A stretch of 63,046 nucleotides of DNA, the filler included, from Craspedostauros australis (taxonomy: Eukaryota): the NCBI GenBank assembly GCA_030167865.1. It is 8 parts of 8 records of this genome, joined end to end, with 100 filler letters (N's around TTAATTAATTAA, not from the genome) between each part and the next. Parts side by side here need not be neighbours in the genome. Positions count along the whole stretch, not along the records: positions 1 to 28,672 come from JALAGF010000554.1; 7 more parts are not named here. One strand, 5' to 3'. Below are positions 12,584 to 24,409 of the stretch, one piece after another. The number at the start of each line of letters is the position of its first letter. Within the stretch, counting starts at the first letter, position 1. Made by a program: the position numbers and the translations under genes. The notes below the pieces were generated by a model. That model saw only the letters and a program-made list of their open reading frames with translations. It was not told the origin of the DNA and did no database searches.

Positions 12584-15500
12584 TTACCAGTCATCTCCGA
12601 AATCATCGGCAGACGCCGCAGCTTCCGCCTCCGCAGCGGCCTGAGCCGCAGCCGCTTCTTCTGCTGCAATGCGTGCTGCCTCTGCCTCGGCTTCGATACG
12701 AGCAGCTTCTTCAGCCGCGGCAGCTTCTGCTGCTGCCGCTTCGGCAGCCGCGGCGGCGGCAGCAGCCTCATCATCAGCAGGTTCGGCGATCTTCTCCTCG
12801 CCAGCGGCAACGGCATCGGGCTGAGGTTGCGTTCGTGCCTTGATGAGCTGGATGAGGTTCAGGTCCAGATCGTCCTTCGCTGTGAGGTACTCAGAGGCTG
12901 GCATGCCAGTCGCACGGGTCTGCTCTCTCTGCGCGAGGAACATCTGTTCCACCTGCAGGCCGATGTCGTAGTCTGGGAACATGGCAGGGTTGGTGGATGG
13001 GGTGGCGAGAGCCTGTGCTGCGGTCTCGCTGATCGACGACAAGTCCTTCTTCCACATCGTGACGATCTCGTTGACGCGGGATGGCAGGTAAGTGCGCACG
13101 AAGAGTGCAGCCTCCGGAAGTCTCTTGGTGGAGACGAGGAGGTCTGCGCATGCCTCCACGTTGCCGGTCAAGAACTGCGCCACAAAAGCAACGTTCGTCT
13201 TGCCGTTGTCGGTGGCCAACTTCGCAAGGCGTTCCATGCCGGCCAGGTTGCCTGTTGCGGAGTACATGAGCAAGAGTCCGGAGTAGTCATGGCTCGCTAT
13301 GCTCGCGGCCTCGCAAAGGTCGAAGTTGGTATCCTTGAGCGCAGCATCCGATAATCGCTTCCACTTGCCCATGGTCTCTGTGGAATCCTTGTCCTCCTCC
13401 TCGGTTTGCTGCAGCAGCTGGTGCGCGACCTCGATTTGACCCAGCTCGATGGCGAGGTCGAACTTGTGATCGGGATCGGTGGTGACGGCGAATGCCTCCT
13501 CCTTGAAGCCCTGCGATTCCAAGAATCTCGCGACCTTGGTGTATTCAGATTCTGGGATGTTTGGAAGGAGCTGGTTGGCGGCGTCGAAATCTCCGCGCAT
13601 AACGGCCGTTTGGTACTGCAAGACGGCCAGCATGACCTTGTAGGACACAACGTTGAGAGCCTTGTCGATCAAGAAAACACGATCTTCCTTGGCGAGGTAT
13701 CCCATCACGGTGTGCTGCGCCTGTCCACCAGCAGCGGTCTCCAAATGCACCAACGTCTCGATCTGCCCTCCGACGCTGTAGTTCAAACGGCCTCCTTGGT
13801 TGATGTAGATGAAACAATCGCCGACCCACTTTCCAGACGAGATGACGTCGTTGATCTCGTAAAGCAGCTCGAATGCTCCATCGACTCCGGACTCGGCGGA
13901 GACTTGGCCCATCGAGATGGCCTGGGATGCGGCCTGCGAATTGTAGTTGAGGACGTAGGCTGATTCCTCGCACGCGATGAGCACCATGTTGCCAGCGTCG
14001 CTCCAGTACACTTCCTTCGGTGCGACGTCGATCTTCTGGATGAAGATGCCGGAATCCCAGTCGTAGAACAGGACGGAGCCGTCTCCGCCCTTGACTCCGA
14101 TCATGTGGCCACCGAAGAGACCCTCGGCGCTGGCAGTCGCTGGCACGATGGTCTGGTTCTCGTTAAAGTTCTTGAAGACCTTGATGGAGTTGATCGATTC
14201 TCGGATGCAATAGTCTCCAGTTCCGGTTCCGGACCACACAAAGTCCAGGGCCTGTCCGAATGCCTTGTTACGCAGGGCCTGGGCGGTGTAGATGATGAAC
14301 TCGCCGTCACCGCAGACGGCCACGAAGCGACCGTTGCAGTTGTGCTTGAGCATCTGCGGGTAGAGCTCGCAGGATCCCAGGTCACGCGGCACGATTGGGA
14401 GACGCTCACCGTCTGGAAGGGCATCCTCTCCGGTGCCGACGACGCCTCTGACGCTGGTGGTCTTGATTTCGTTGTTGGAGGCCCACACGACCTTGCCTGT
14501 GGAGTCCATGGATGCGACTGGGTCGTCGGAACCGAGCTCGATGGCGACGCAACCTTCGTCGAATCCGATGGCGAGCTTGTTGGATGAGGCGGATGCGGCG
14601 AGTGCCCATGCGCGCTCCATGCCGTAGTTGAGGGTGGTCTCGGCACGGTAGGTGGTGGATTGCCAAATTCGCACGGTGCCATCCTCGGAGGCGGAGGCGA
14701 TGAGCGGCAGCTTTGGATGAAACATGACTGCGCAAACATTGTTCGTGTGGCCCTCGAGGGTGTGGACGATGGATTTGGTCTGTGAGAAGGAAGGGAGTGA
14801 AGTGATGTGATGCGAAGTGACATAGCAAGGGATGAATGGAATAGCCAAAAACACGATTCGAAGTGGACATCGTGATGGGAATGACAACGATGACGACAAT
14901 GATGAGAAGCGAAGATGTGGTGGTGGTGGTGAGTTAAAGCAGGTTCTGGAAACATTGCATTGCATTGCATTGCACGTATGCATGTAGCCATCAGTGCAGC
15001 ATGACCAGAAGAGTCTCGTCGTCGACCGACAATGCATACAGCATCCGTATTCGCGTGGATGGGGTGGATGATATCATCGCTTCTCACCTGGTAATCCCAA
15101 ATCTTGACGGTCTGATCATCGGCACCACTGAGAATGTATGGCTTGTCACCGGAGGGGTAGTAGTCGACACAGTTGACTCCACGCTCGTGTCCCTCGAGGG
15201 TGTAGTGCGGCGTGTGGGAACCCAAACCCCACACCTTGATGGTGCGATCTAGCGACGCAGAGGCGAAAGTGTTGGTGTCCTTGGGGTTGAACTTGACCTG
15301 CATGACGTAGTGGCCGTGACCCTCAAAGAGCTGCGTGCAATCAAAGCCGCGTTCCCAGTCCCACAGCTTGATGCACATGTCATCACTGCTGCTGAGGAAG
15401 TAGGGCAGACTGGGGTGGACCTCGAGGGAGCGGATGTAATCGGCGTGCGCCTCGAACTCCTTGATCTTCTCCATGGTGTTGTAATTGAAGACGCGCAGTC

Positions 15501-16418
15501 TCATGTCATCGGACGCCGCCAGGAACCATTGCTTGCGCGCGACGAACTTGGCGCATCGAACAGGCAGCTCGGAGACCTCGAAGGATTTGACGCAGCCGCC
15601 GCTTTCGTAGTCCCAGATCATGACATTGCCGCTGTACAGAGCCGCCAACACCCATGGCTCCGCTGGGTGCAGATCGACGCTCTTGACGCGTTCCGACGTC
15701 GCGGACAGTTTTTTCTTGATGTCGAGTCGAAGCGGCTGTACATGTAAATGTAGTTGTAATGCAACGTGAGGGTTGATGGTGATTGGATGGGTTGCAATGG
15801 TTGTATTGGTTGGAGTTGTTACCGTTGTTACCGTTGTTGGTGTCGTTGTTATGAGCAAGGTTTCATGGCATTAATGATGAACGTGCGGTTGCGAGTGTGG
15901 TGGGGGAAGAGTTGTTGCAGATGTAGAATGGATTCCAGGTCGAGTCACCGCATTGCATGGACGCATCGGAAGGCATTTGGCATTTGGTCATTATGATCAG
16001 CAAGGTGCAGTATCGTGCAGTAAGGCGCAGTATGTCGTGGGTGCGGTATTGGGCATGATTTAGTTGGGTCGTCAAAGTGGTTGCGAGTGCGGTTGACAGT
16101 GTTGTCATTCGCGTTGTCGTTGGAGGTGGCATTCGCATGTGTGTATTGCAATGAATGCACGGTGTCGTCGCAGATCATTGCATGAATGGCATTGAATCGA
16201 GTCCGCAATGGAAAGGGAGAGAGCAGGATGCAGTGTGAGACATGGCGATGTTTGGGCGCGCAAAAAGGAGAATCCAAGCACCTGGCAAAACAACACACCG
16301 CAATGCGATCCAAGCATCTCCATCAACTGCGGCGCTTGGCCTTGTCAATGACAGCATCCGGCACACCCCCGCTATCATCACCACCACGACGGCCGCTCTC
16401 TCTTTTCAAACGCACCAT
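12584..16418 (-). CDS. COPB2: Coatomer subunit beta' (COPI); exons 16418-16416 (ATG only, inferred), 15735-15088, 14779-12584
   Basis: [22 protein letters not shown]-terminus, WD40 repeats, [23 protein letters not shown] and alpha-solenoid ARFLESQG. The ATG mini-exon is inferred from ATG|GTGCGT at 16418 and the acceptor before codon 2; it is less certain than the rest. Confidence 0.95.
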
Positions 16419-16883
16419 GATGATTCCTTTGTGTGCGTGTATATACGAGTGTATGTGTACAAGCGTGCTGTGCTCTGACTGCGGTGCTTCTCTCTGGATC
16501 GTTCAGGAGTTGCTGCCGTTGGCGTTGGCGGTCGCACACTCGTCTACTGCCGTCGCCAACGAGAGCCTGCTGTGTCTGTTGGTGGTGGTATCGTTGTCAT
16601 CTTCGTGGTCTCCGATGACCGCTGCCAATGCCTCTCTGTCGTGTTTGTGCTGTCTCCATTTCGGCAATCCAAGACGAAAATCGCACATTGAATCCAGCGA
16701 TTCGAACACATACTCGTGAATGGAAAAGTATACATGACTAATCACGGCATTCTACCAACAATAACTAGACTGCGGGAACAAAAGGAAACAGAGAGCAGCA
16801 GAGTGAAGCTGCTGACTGGCTTAATTTGGAATCTATGTGTTACAATCGTGCCAGGAGTATGACGCAAGCTTCCATTGGAAGGT

Positions 16884-17504
16884 TTAGCACCCGCCGACTC
16901 CCTTGATGCTGACAAGATTGGTAAAGAACGACCCCTCAACACCTTGGGCCCAGATCTCCAGAAATTTGACGTGGCTCAGCATATCTGGGGGTGGGCAGAC
17001 GCTTGACTTGGCGGAGCATGGGGTGATGATCTTACCAGTCTCGAAATCCCAGTCATTACTGAAGTCGGTGAGTGCGATGGTGATTCCGCGTGTACTGTAG
17101 TCGGTGACAGGGATGTAGGCGCGCCACCCAGATGTGAGCATCGTGTTGTCGTACGGTGGCTTGTTTCCGAAGGTAATGTAATATCCCTGGAATACGGTGG
17201 CTGATTGCAGTGTAACCTCGATGGCGGAACATTTGGCGATGCTTGGGAATGAATCGGTGGCAATGATCTTGGCATACCCCGGTCCACTGAAGAGTGGTTG
17301 GAAGTGGACGAATCCATCGAAGAAGCTGATCGCACCTGATTGGACGAAGTGAACGGAGGAGGACCCAAATGGGAGCATGTTGTCGCTCTTAGCCACCCAT
17401 TCGTGCTTGGGGTTGCCGAAGTCTTCCAACACAACGTCGGCGTTGGCGGCGAAGAACAAGCCCACGATGACGAAAGCGACAAAGGAAGAGATAGCAAGCT
17501 TCAT
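16884..17504 (-). CDS. Secreted CIA30-like / galactose-binding-fold protein (206 aa)
   Basis: Signal peptide MKLAISSFVAFVIVGLFFAANA. Pattern LEDF..W...D....G.S..F....G.V...P....PG, then ITIALTDFS..WD and GVEG.F, resembling algal CIA30-domain proteins. Confidence 0.6.
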   Translation of the reverse strand: MKLAISSFVAFVIVGLFFAANADVVLEDFGNPKHEWVAKSDNMLPFGSSSVHFVQSGAISFFDGFVHFQPLFSGPGYAKIIATDSFPSIAKCSAIEVTLQSATVFQGYYITFGNKPPYDNTMLTSGWRAYIPVTDYSTRGITIALTDFSNDWDFETGKIITPCSAKSSVCPPPDMLSHVKFLEIWAQGVEGSFFTNLVSIKGVGGC

Positions 17505-18397
17505 GGTGTTGAACGTGGTGGTTGTCGAGCGTTTGCTTGTGTCGATGAGACGAGCGAAATGATGGAGGATGTGCTTTTTGTGTGTGAGAGGACAAGAGCA
17601 ATCAAGACGACCATACGAGTCATAGTATTATACGATACAACGCGCAATAACTCACATAACATCGTGGAGATGTGATTTGATCTTTGGTGTCAGCTGTGCA
17701 GCCATTGGCGCACATTCCACTGGTGGCTCGCATGCCATGATGGGCAGCCGAGGACGGCAGCAGCGTCAGAGAGACGCAGACTCATTCCCCCCAAAACAAA
17801 CGAAGCTGTGTGCTGCTTCTTGAGAGGTCTCATCAGTTCTGTCAGTGGTTACAAACCTCTGGTGGTTGCCATCTCGTCGATGGGAACAAGAACAAGATCC
17901 GAACAGGATCGTTATGAGCCGCAGATTCAGATGCTGGGATCATAGATCTGAACAACTTTTTGGTCAACAAACCTGACGGTTGGAATATCTAGTGGGCGCC
18001 AAGGATACATTTCGAAGATCGGAACTAGAAATGGAAACAGAAACGTGAACCATCGAGCCACTGGTTGTTTGCGACAATGGACAGAATCTCAACAGGCACT
18101 CCGCGGAGACGTTGTTGGAAGGTGAAGCAATGCAATAAATCTGAAGTGGTCCAGCAAGCTCTTGGGGCGATGGACTATATGATCTACTCGTGCTGCCAAC
18201 GATCTATTGCTCAATCTCGGGCGATTGAGAAGAGTGATTGGCATAGTACTGAAGAACTTCAGGGATCGGAACCTTGACACCTTCAAGAGAATTAGGGAGA
18301 TGGATGCAAACAAAGAGGCACCAGATTCGCAGGTGTTGTGTCTGCCAAGTTCCAGTTTACGACTACTTGACTGCCACAGGACCTGTTCCCCTGCCAG

Positions 18398-19897
18398 CTA
18401 TATCTTCCTGCGCTTGCTGCTGTCGCTTTCTGTTCTTTTGACGACCGCAATACCAGCTCCATCCACCTCGTATGCCACAGATAGCGACAGCAGTGGTTGC
18501 TGATGTTGATCTTCGCAGACCTTGGCGGGATGGCGCACAAGCACGATGCGTTTGCTGATTTCGGCTGTTTGCAACTCCAGATGACCATCGATCGCTGTTT
18601 CTCCCCAAGCGTGACCCAGCGCTGCATTTTTGCGCGAAACGACGGCGTTAGTGGTTGCGGGATAAAGCGATTGCACGTCGTGGTTGCGATTGCGTCTGGT
18701 GCTGTTGCTGCCGATTGAGTTGGTGACGACGACAGCCATTCCAAACAACCGCGACAATTGCTTGCATTTGCGTCCCACATTGCGGATCTCGTCGGGCGGA
18801 TTCATGGTGCTGTTGTGCGACAAGATGATTGATGACGATTGCCAGAGGAGGTTGCATATGGAATCGATGACGATCAGGTGAGGAGTCGTGGTGGTGTGGT
18901 TCGGCTGCTGCGATTGTCGATGCTGTTGCTGTTGCACTCGTGCAAGGAAGACGGCCAATTCCTGAGGATTGGATATGGAGATGATACCGATCCTGTTCAG
19001 CGCATCAATAGGATTGACATCTGCGTATGCCGCGCTTGTTGAGATGTAGGTTTGGATCATCTGTTGCAGTCGTTTGGAGACTGCTCGCGCGGGATGACCG
19101 GATGATGACGCAACGTAATATATCGACGGACCTCCTCTCGCAGGTTGTGTTCTACTGCCATTGTTGTTGGTTGTGTTGATGGCTGTGGTGGTCTTGTCAC
19201 CCTGCTGATCATTTGCGCGATAGTTGCCCGATTGCGCATCACGTATCGCGGCATGCGCAATAATCTGTAGCACCAGCTGAGTTTTGCCGCAGGAGGACGG
19301 GCCAGATATCTGCCAGACGTGACCACCCAACGAACAACCAGGCTGATCAAAGCTGATGCCGCCAGCTGCATGGCTACGTTCGTAGACGTTGTCATATTCC
19401 ATTGGGAATTCCAGCATCTCATCAAGTTCGTCGCATCCCGTCGTGTACTTGAGGTTGGGAAAATGCTGTTTCTCCCACTGCACCTGTGATTGGACGGAAT
19501 GCGTGACACCAGGGATGAAGGGGACATTGCTGGCCCTCTTCGTTCCTTGCAGCAGTTGGCTTGCTTGACTTTGCTGGTGCTTGACGAGCTGACCGATGGA
19601 GGTCTTGCCTATCATGGCGTTGGCGATCTGCGCACGCAGCTTCGTGACATGCTCCATTCCAACCGCGCCGGTGCCACCATGCTGCTTGTTGCTTGTGCCA
19701 TGAGGACGTTTGCGATGGCTGTTTCCATCGTGGGGGTATATGCACTTGAGTACATGTTCTGGCGGGCGGCACAGCAGGGCGTGCGGTGTGGGAATGCGAA
19801 CCTGCGCCGTCTTTGACGTCGACGACGATGACGATTGCGGCGATACGAGCCGTTCCTTCAGGACAGGATGGATGGGGATGGACTGGAAGGTCGGCAT
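18398..19897 (-). CDS. RAD51 paralog (RAD51D/XRCC3-like RecA-fold ATPase)
   Basis: TTGCDELDEML, Walker A GPSSCGKTQ, Walker B LIVIDS, AVVVTN and paralog-type ALGHAW motif. First ATG is at 19897; the ORF track starts at an upstream TTG. Confidence 0.8.
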   Translation of the reverse strand: MPTFQSIPIHPVLKERLVSPQSSSSSTSKTAQVRIPTPHALLCRPPEHVLKCIYPHDGNSHRKRPHGTSNKQHGGTGAVGMEHVTKLRAQIANAMIGKTSIGQLVKHQQSQASQLLQGTKRASNVPFIPGVTHSVQSQVQWEKQHFPNLKYTTGCDELDEMLEFPMEYDNVYERSHAAGGISFDQPGCSLGGHVWQISGPSSCGKTQLVLQIIAHAAIRDAQSGNYRANDQQGDKTTTAINTTNNNGSRTQPARGGPSIYYVASSSGHPARAVSKRLQQMIQTYISTSAAYADVNPIDALNRIGIISISNPQELAVFLARVQQQQHRQSQQPNHTTTTPHLIVIDSICNLLWQSSSIILSHNSTMNPPDEIRNVGRKCKQLSRLFGMAVVVTNSIGSNSTRRNRNHDVQSLYPATTNAVVSRKNAALGHAWGETAIDGHLELQTAEISKRIVLVRHPAKVCEDQHQQPLLSLSVAYEVDGAGIAVVKRTESDSSKRRKI

Positions 19898-21025
19898 GGT
19901 CAGCAATAGTCTTGTTGTTGCTCTTCTTGTTGTTGTTGTAATGTGCGTCAATTGGGAGCGGACAAGTCTCCGCTGTTGCTGGAACTGCGGAGCGTGGCTT
20001 TCGTCTTCACCTCTTTTTGTTCTTCCCCGTGTTGGTGTGATGTTGGCGCCATGGTTGGTATCATGTTGGTGGCGTGTTTTGGCGCGAGGTCTTTTGTTGG
20101 CGGCGTGTTTTGGTGTTCCGATTTGAAGATTTTTGCCTCCGACAAAATGAGATTGTCTGTGATGAGTACCTGAAATGAGTTGGATACCATTCCACCTCTA
20201 AAGTCAGACAAGCGTACAGTATGCCACGCGCAGAAACACGGATTCTGTGACGCTTGTTCAACCAACAACTCCGATTCCCTCATCGTCTCTGCCTGTCCCT
20301 GTCCGACGACACGTCACAAGACGGCCTAAAATGTCCTTGGGCCGTTATTTCAACGTCTCTCATTCCACATGTTGAAACCAACGGCGTATCTCAACAGAAA
20401 AAGTACGCGAACCAGAAACCCAATCAACCCGTTGTGAAGGCACGACACGCCCACACGTGCACGTTGTGGCCGCGAGTGCGCCAATTTGGAAAAGTTTGGC
20501 CAAAATCATCACCAGCCGCAAGCACAGAGAGATCGGTCATCGAGACATCCACTCGATTGTCGTCATCCGCGTTCGCCTCCTTCTTGCTCATCGTTGTTGC
20601 CAGTGTCATCATCGTCATCGTCGTCATCGTCCGCCCTGCCATCGTCATCAGCAACACAAAAGGACGGCAATCGCAATCCTTGCACCCCCTTGAGAGTGCG
20701 AGCACACGAGGCGATTTGATTTGATTTGAATTTCTCTCTCTTTGTCTGTTTGCATTGAATTGAAGTGGGTTGGATCGAATCCATCAACACCAGTCATCGA
20801 TTTGCGTATCTCTCGAACGCGCGCAAACGCAAACACAGACACAAAAGCGAGGCGCGAGAACGGACACGATCGCAGACACAGACACGATCCAGAGAAGATC
20901 TGGGAGGCGACACGACCAGAAGCGGCAATAAATCGAGGAGAGGAAGTCCAGCAACACAAGGATCTCGCACTGAAGCGGACAACAAGAAGGAGCAGAGTTG
21001 GAATAGAGTTGGAACAGGGTCGACC

Positions 21026-23317
21026 ATGACGGGAGCAACCGACGAAATGTCCTCGCGCGGCTACCAGCACAAGCGCTTCAAGCAGCGGGGCAAGCACGGC
21101 GGCCACGACGGCGAAGGCGACCACAGCAGCAGCAGCAACCACGGAGAGAACGACCACGGGAGCGGGTACATGAGCAAGCCGCAAAGCACGAGCAGCATCA
21201 TGAAGCCGTCGTCCTACAGCAGCGCCACGAAGTACCCCGTCTCCCCCCTGCGAAGGTCCGCGCCCGTGGATGTGGACGAGGTCAGCAGCAGCAGCGAGAA
21301 CGGCGACCATGGCGCAGCCGCCATCGTGACCCCGAGCAGATCGCACGACTCCGACGACCCTTCGCAGGCCAGCAAGGGAGCGGCGGGCGCCAACCCCTCG
21401 TCCCCCGTCGTTCCCAGACGCATCGGTCTGGATGATGCGCCCAAGGCCGCGGTCCTCTCCATCGACTCGCGACCGCTGGGCCGCGTCTCGAACGCTGGCT
21501 CCAAGGCCGCTTCCGGCGCGACCACGGGCCTCCTGCGGTCATCGCAGCCATCACAGCCATCACACGACGACGATCTGTCAGAGTCCGGCCACTACAGCGA
21601 GAACAGCAAGGACTCCTCCACGCAGCAGAAGCTGTCCAACGCCATGAAGAACCTCATCCAGCCATTCATGACCGATCGCGTCCTCTCGCCTTCCAAAAAC
21701 GCGCTGCAGACCCAGTCGCTGTCGCACTCCAATTCGGCCGCCATGGTGCACGAGCCAACGGCGAACGGCCTCATCCTGTCGCCGTCCAACCCGCGCAGCC
21801 CCACCAAGCCCACCACCGCCCTGCGCTACTCCCTCAAGGAGGGCAAGAAGAGCATGACGGAGGAGATGAAGGACGTCACGGATGACATGGTGGCCGAGTC
21901 GCACCAGAGCAAGCTGCGCGCCGCGCATTCCCTCGCCCTCAAATCGCACGGCAAGTCGTCATCGACAGCAGGCGCGCCCAAGAAGTCATCGTCATCATCG
22001 TCGTCGCGGCTCGATGACTCCTACAAGATCTTCCTGCTGCTCCTGCAGCCCAAGACGAAGACCTTCGAACTCATCCAGCTCATCTACAGCCCCAAGGACA
22101 CCACGGTGGGGGACATCATCGCCATGATCCCGGCAAACGCCACCGAGGAAGCCCTGGGCAAGCAGCAGTACATCGGCCTCTGCAGGCCCAAGGAACGTGA
22201 AGACTTGCTCAACATGGACATGCTTGCCAGCCGGGCCGGCGTCGCTGAGACCTCCCCCTCCAACGCAACCGCGAGGATCAAGCTGGGGGAGATACTCGTT
22301 GCCATCCCAACGGGTTACTCCGGCGACGACGTGGCCCGCCTGTCAGAGCAAATCCTCGCCAACCCCAAGATCGTCAAGCTCCTCAAACGGAGCGACCCGC
22401 TCGCGCCAAAGTCCAAGCGCCGCAGCCGTCGCCACCGGAGCTCCTCGTCCGCCAAGAAGTCGTCATCCAGTGGCAGCGGAAGCGGCAACGGCAGTAGCGG
22501 GAGCGGAAAGCGCCACCGCCGCCGCAGCAACAAGGCGGTCGATGTCCTGGAACAGCACGACGAACGCGACGAGATCGAGCAGGAGCAGAATGAGCAGAAG
22601 ATGAGGGACGCCATGGCGCACGCCGCAGCGAAGGCAGCCGCAGCCAACGCAGCCATTCCGGAATCCTCCAACGAGCCGCAGCAGCGCAACGGCCTGCGAA
22701 TGCGACGCATGGGGTCGATCGGCTCCTACTCCGAAAAGTCATTCACTAGCAGCGTTCAGGAATCGCTCGATGACAGCTACAGCTCGTGGTCCAAATCATT
22801 CGAAGAGTCCTTCTCCGCGCAGTCCTCGATCTGCAGCGGCGTTTCCAAGCGCGCGACCCGCAGAAAAGAACGCCAAGCACGACGCATCAGCATCCTCAAG
22901 AAGACCGCCGCCGTCGCCTTTGGTTGCATGATCGGCCTCTTCTTCATCGACCCGCGTGGATACCAGGCGCCCACGGAGTCGGACACGGTCTCCGCATCCC
23001 CCATGGGAATGGTCGGCATCTTCCAAACCTTCTTCCTGCTCCTCACCATCTACAAGGTGCAGCGCTTTTTCCGCACCGGCGACGAGTACCGCACCACCCA
23101 ACGCCGCTGCCCCTTCCTCCGAGCGTCCGCCCATGCCATGGACCGCTTCAAGTCACGCTACGCCAAGAAGCTGGCCAAGGGCAGCGGCGGAGGCAGCCAC
23201 GGTGCCAGTCCAACCCACGACGGCAAGGACGCCCTGCTCTCCAAACGATTGCGCAGCTTTTCGCTCAAGTCGGTCAACCATGATATCGGCGCCGACGATG
23301 ACACCGGATCGTTGTAG
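21026..23317 (+). CDS. Hypothetical protein with disordered Ser-rich regions, a central globular domain and two C-terminal TM segments
   Basis: Long ORF with strong coding-like GC3 bias from ATG 21026. Folded-looking block KIFLLLLQPKTKTFELIQL...ILANPKIVKLLK. Hydrophobic segments near the C-terminus. Confidence 0.75.
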   Translation: MTGATDEMSSRGYQHKRFKQRGKHGGHDGEGDHSSSSNHGENDHGSGYMSKPQSTSSIMKPSSYSSATKYPVSPLRRSAPVDVDEVSSSSENGDHGAAAIVTPSRSHDSDDPSQASKGAAGANPSSPVVPRRIGLDDAPKAAVLSIDSRPLGRVSNAGSKAASGATTGLLRSSQPSQPSHDDDLSESGHYSENSKDSSTQQKLSNAMKNLIQPFMTDRVLSPSKNALQTQSLSHSNSAAMVHEPTANGLILSPSNPRSPTKPTTALRYSLKEGKKSMTEEMKDVTDDMVAESHQSKLRAAHSLALKSHGKSSSTAGAPKKSSSSSSSRLDDSYKIFLLLLQPKTKTFELIQLIYSPKDTTVGDIIAMIPANATEEALGKQQYIGLCRPKEREDLLNMDMLASRAGVAETSPSNATARIKLGEILVAIPTGYSGDDVARLSEQILANPKIVKLLKRSDPLAPKSKRRSRRHRSSSSAKKSSSSGSGSGNGSSGSGKRHRRRSNKAVDVLEQHDERDEIEQEQNEQKMRDAMAHAAAKAAAANAAIPESSNEPQQRNGLRMRRMGSIGSYSEKSFTSSVQESLDDSYSSWSKSFEESFSAQSSICSGVSKRATRRKERQARRISILKKTAAVAFGCMIGLFFIDPRGYQAPTESDTVSASPMGMVGIFQTFFLLLTIYKVQRFFRTGDEYRTTQRRCPFLRASAHAMDRFKSRYAKKLAKGSGGGSHGASPTHDGKDALLSKRLRSFSLKSVNHDIGADDDTGSL

Positions 23318-24409
23318 AGTCACGGCAACAGAGAAATTGATATCATGCAATACTGACTTTGACGAAACGAAAGACCATACCATACCATACCATACCATAC
23401 ACCAAGCACTACAATAGAAGAGACTGACAGTTAACGTGTACTCTCCATCCTACGAGTACGGCATCCATGACTCTAGCTTTGGAGTGGTTGGTGTTGTCAT
23501 CCATGCCAATGAAGATGGCATCGCGAGACATCATCCGACGAGTATTGCAACATCGTCAGTCTCATCGCGTCCGAGGATACCTCCCGATTCATGACTCTCT
23601 GCCAATACACAAATCCTACGCTGACAGACGCAACATACAATACACAATCGTCGCCACACATTTTGTTTCGGTGGATTCAGCGTCCCGTCATCACTTCCGA
23701 GGTAGGTGCGCGCTGTTGTGGACTGCGACAGCCACGTCGGCCACCCGCCGAGCAAGAAGCGAGCTCTCCTCATTTTTCAAACCAACATCGAAAAATCGAT
23801 CCAACGCGCACCTCCGATTCCAACTGTTGGAACCGTGAACTTTTCCATTTTGCCATTCCTGCGATCGACTCGTTCTCCATCCTATGAACTTCATGTCGTC
23901 TTTGTCCCAGGCGTTACATTTGAATTCGAATCATCTCCAGTTGATGAGGCAGTCGACAAGTGCGTTCACCCGACTTGACTTGGATTTGCGGCGAGTGGAA
24001 CTTTGCATCCAACGGTGAAGAGCGAAGTCGTGATGTTGGTTGATGATGAAGCATGATACAATACATAGTCGTAGAGTATGTACATTCCCTTTCCTGCATT
24101 CTCGCTGTTCCGAGAGTGCGTACCGTGACATTCCACGCTATCACCACAGATACACCTGCACACATACAACAATGATCACAGAAGCAACCCAACAACAGGG
24201 AAGGGTATCTACTCAAATAAGAATTCACTCGCATCCCATGCTGATGCACTTCTTCATCTCACAAATTACATCGCAACAGACGAAATCAACAATCTCACTC
24301 TTTTGGTACTCCAGCAGACTCGATCCCGCTCGACTCCATTCAACTCAATACGAGTAATCACAACAACTTCGAGCCTACTATTATATAATACCACATACTA
24401 GCATTCACC

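Noticed and set aside
10685..16418. Possible secretory-pathway gene cluster (nucleotide-sugar transporter next to COPB2)
   Set aside because: Ordinary housekeeping genes; adjacency is explicable by chance.
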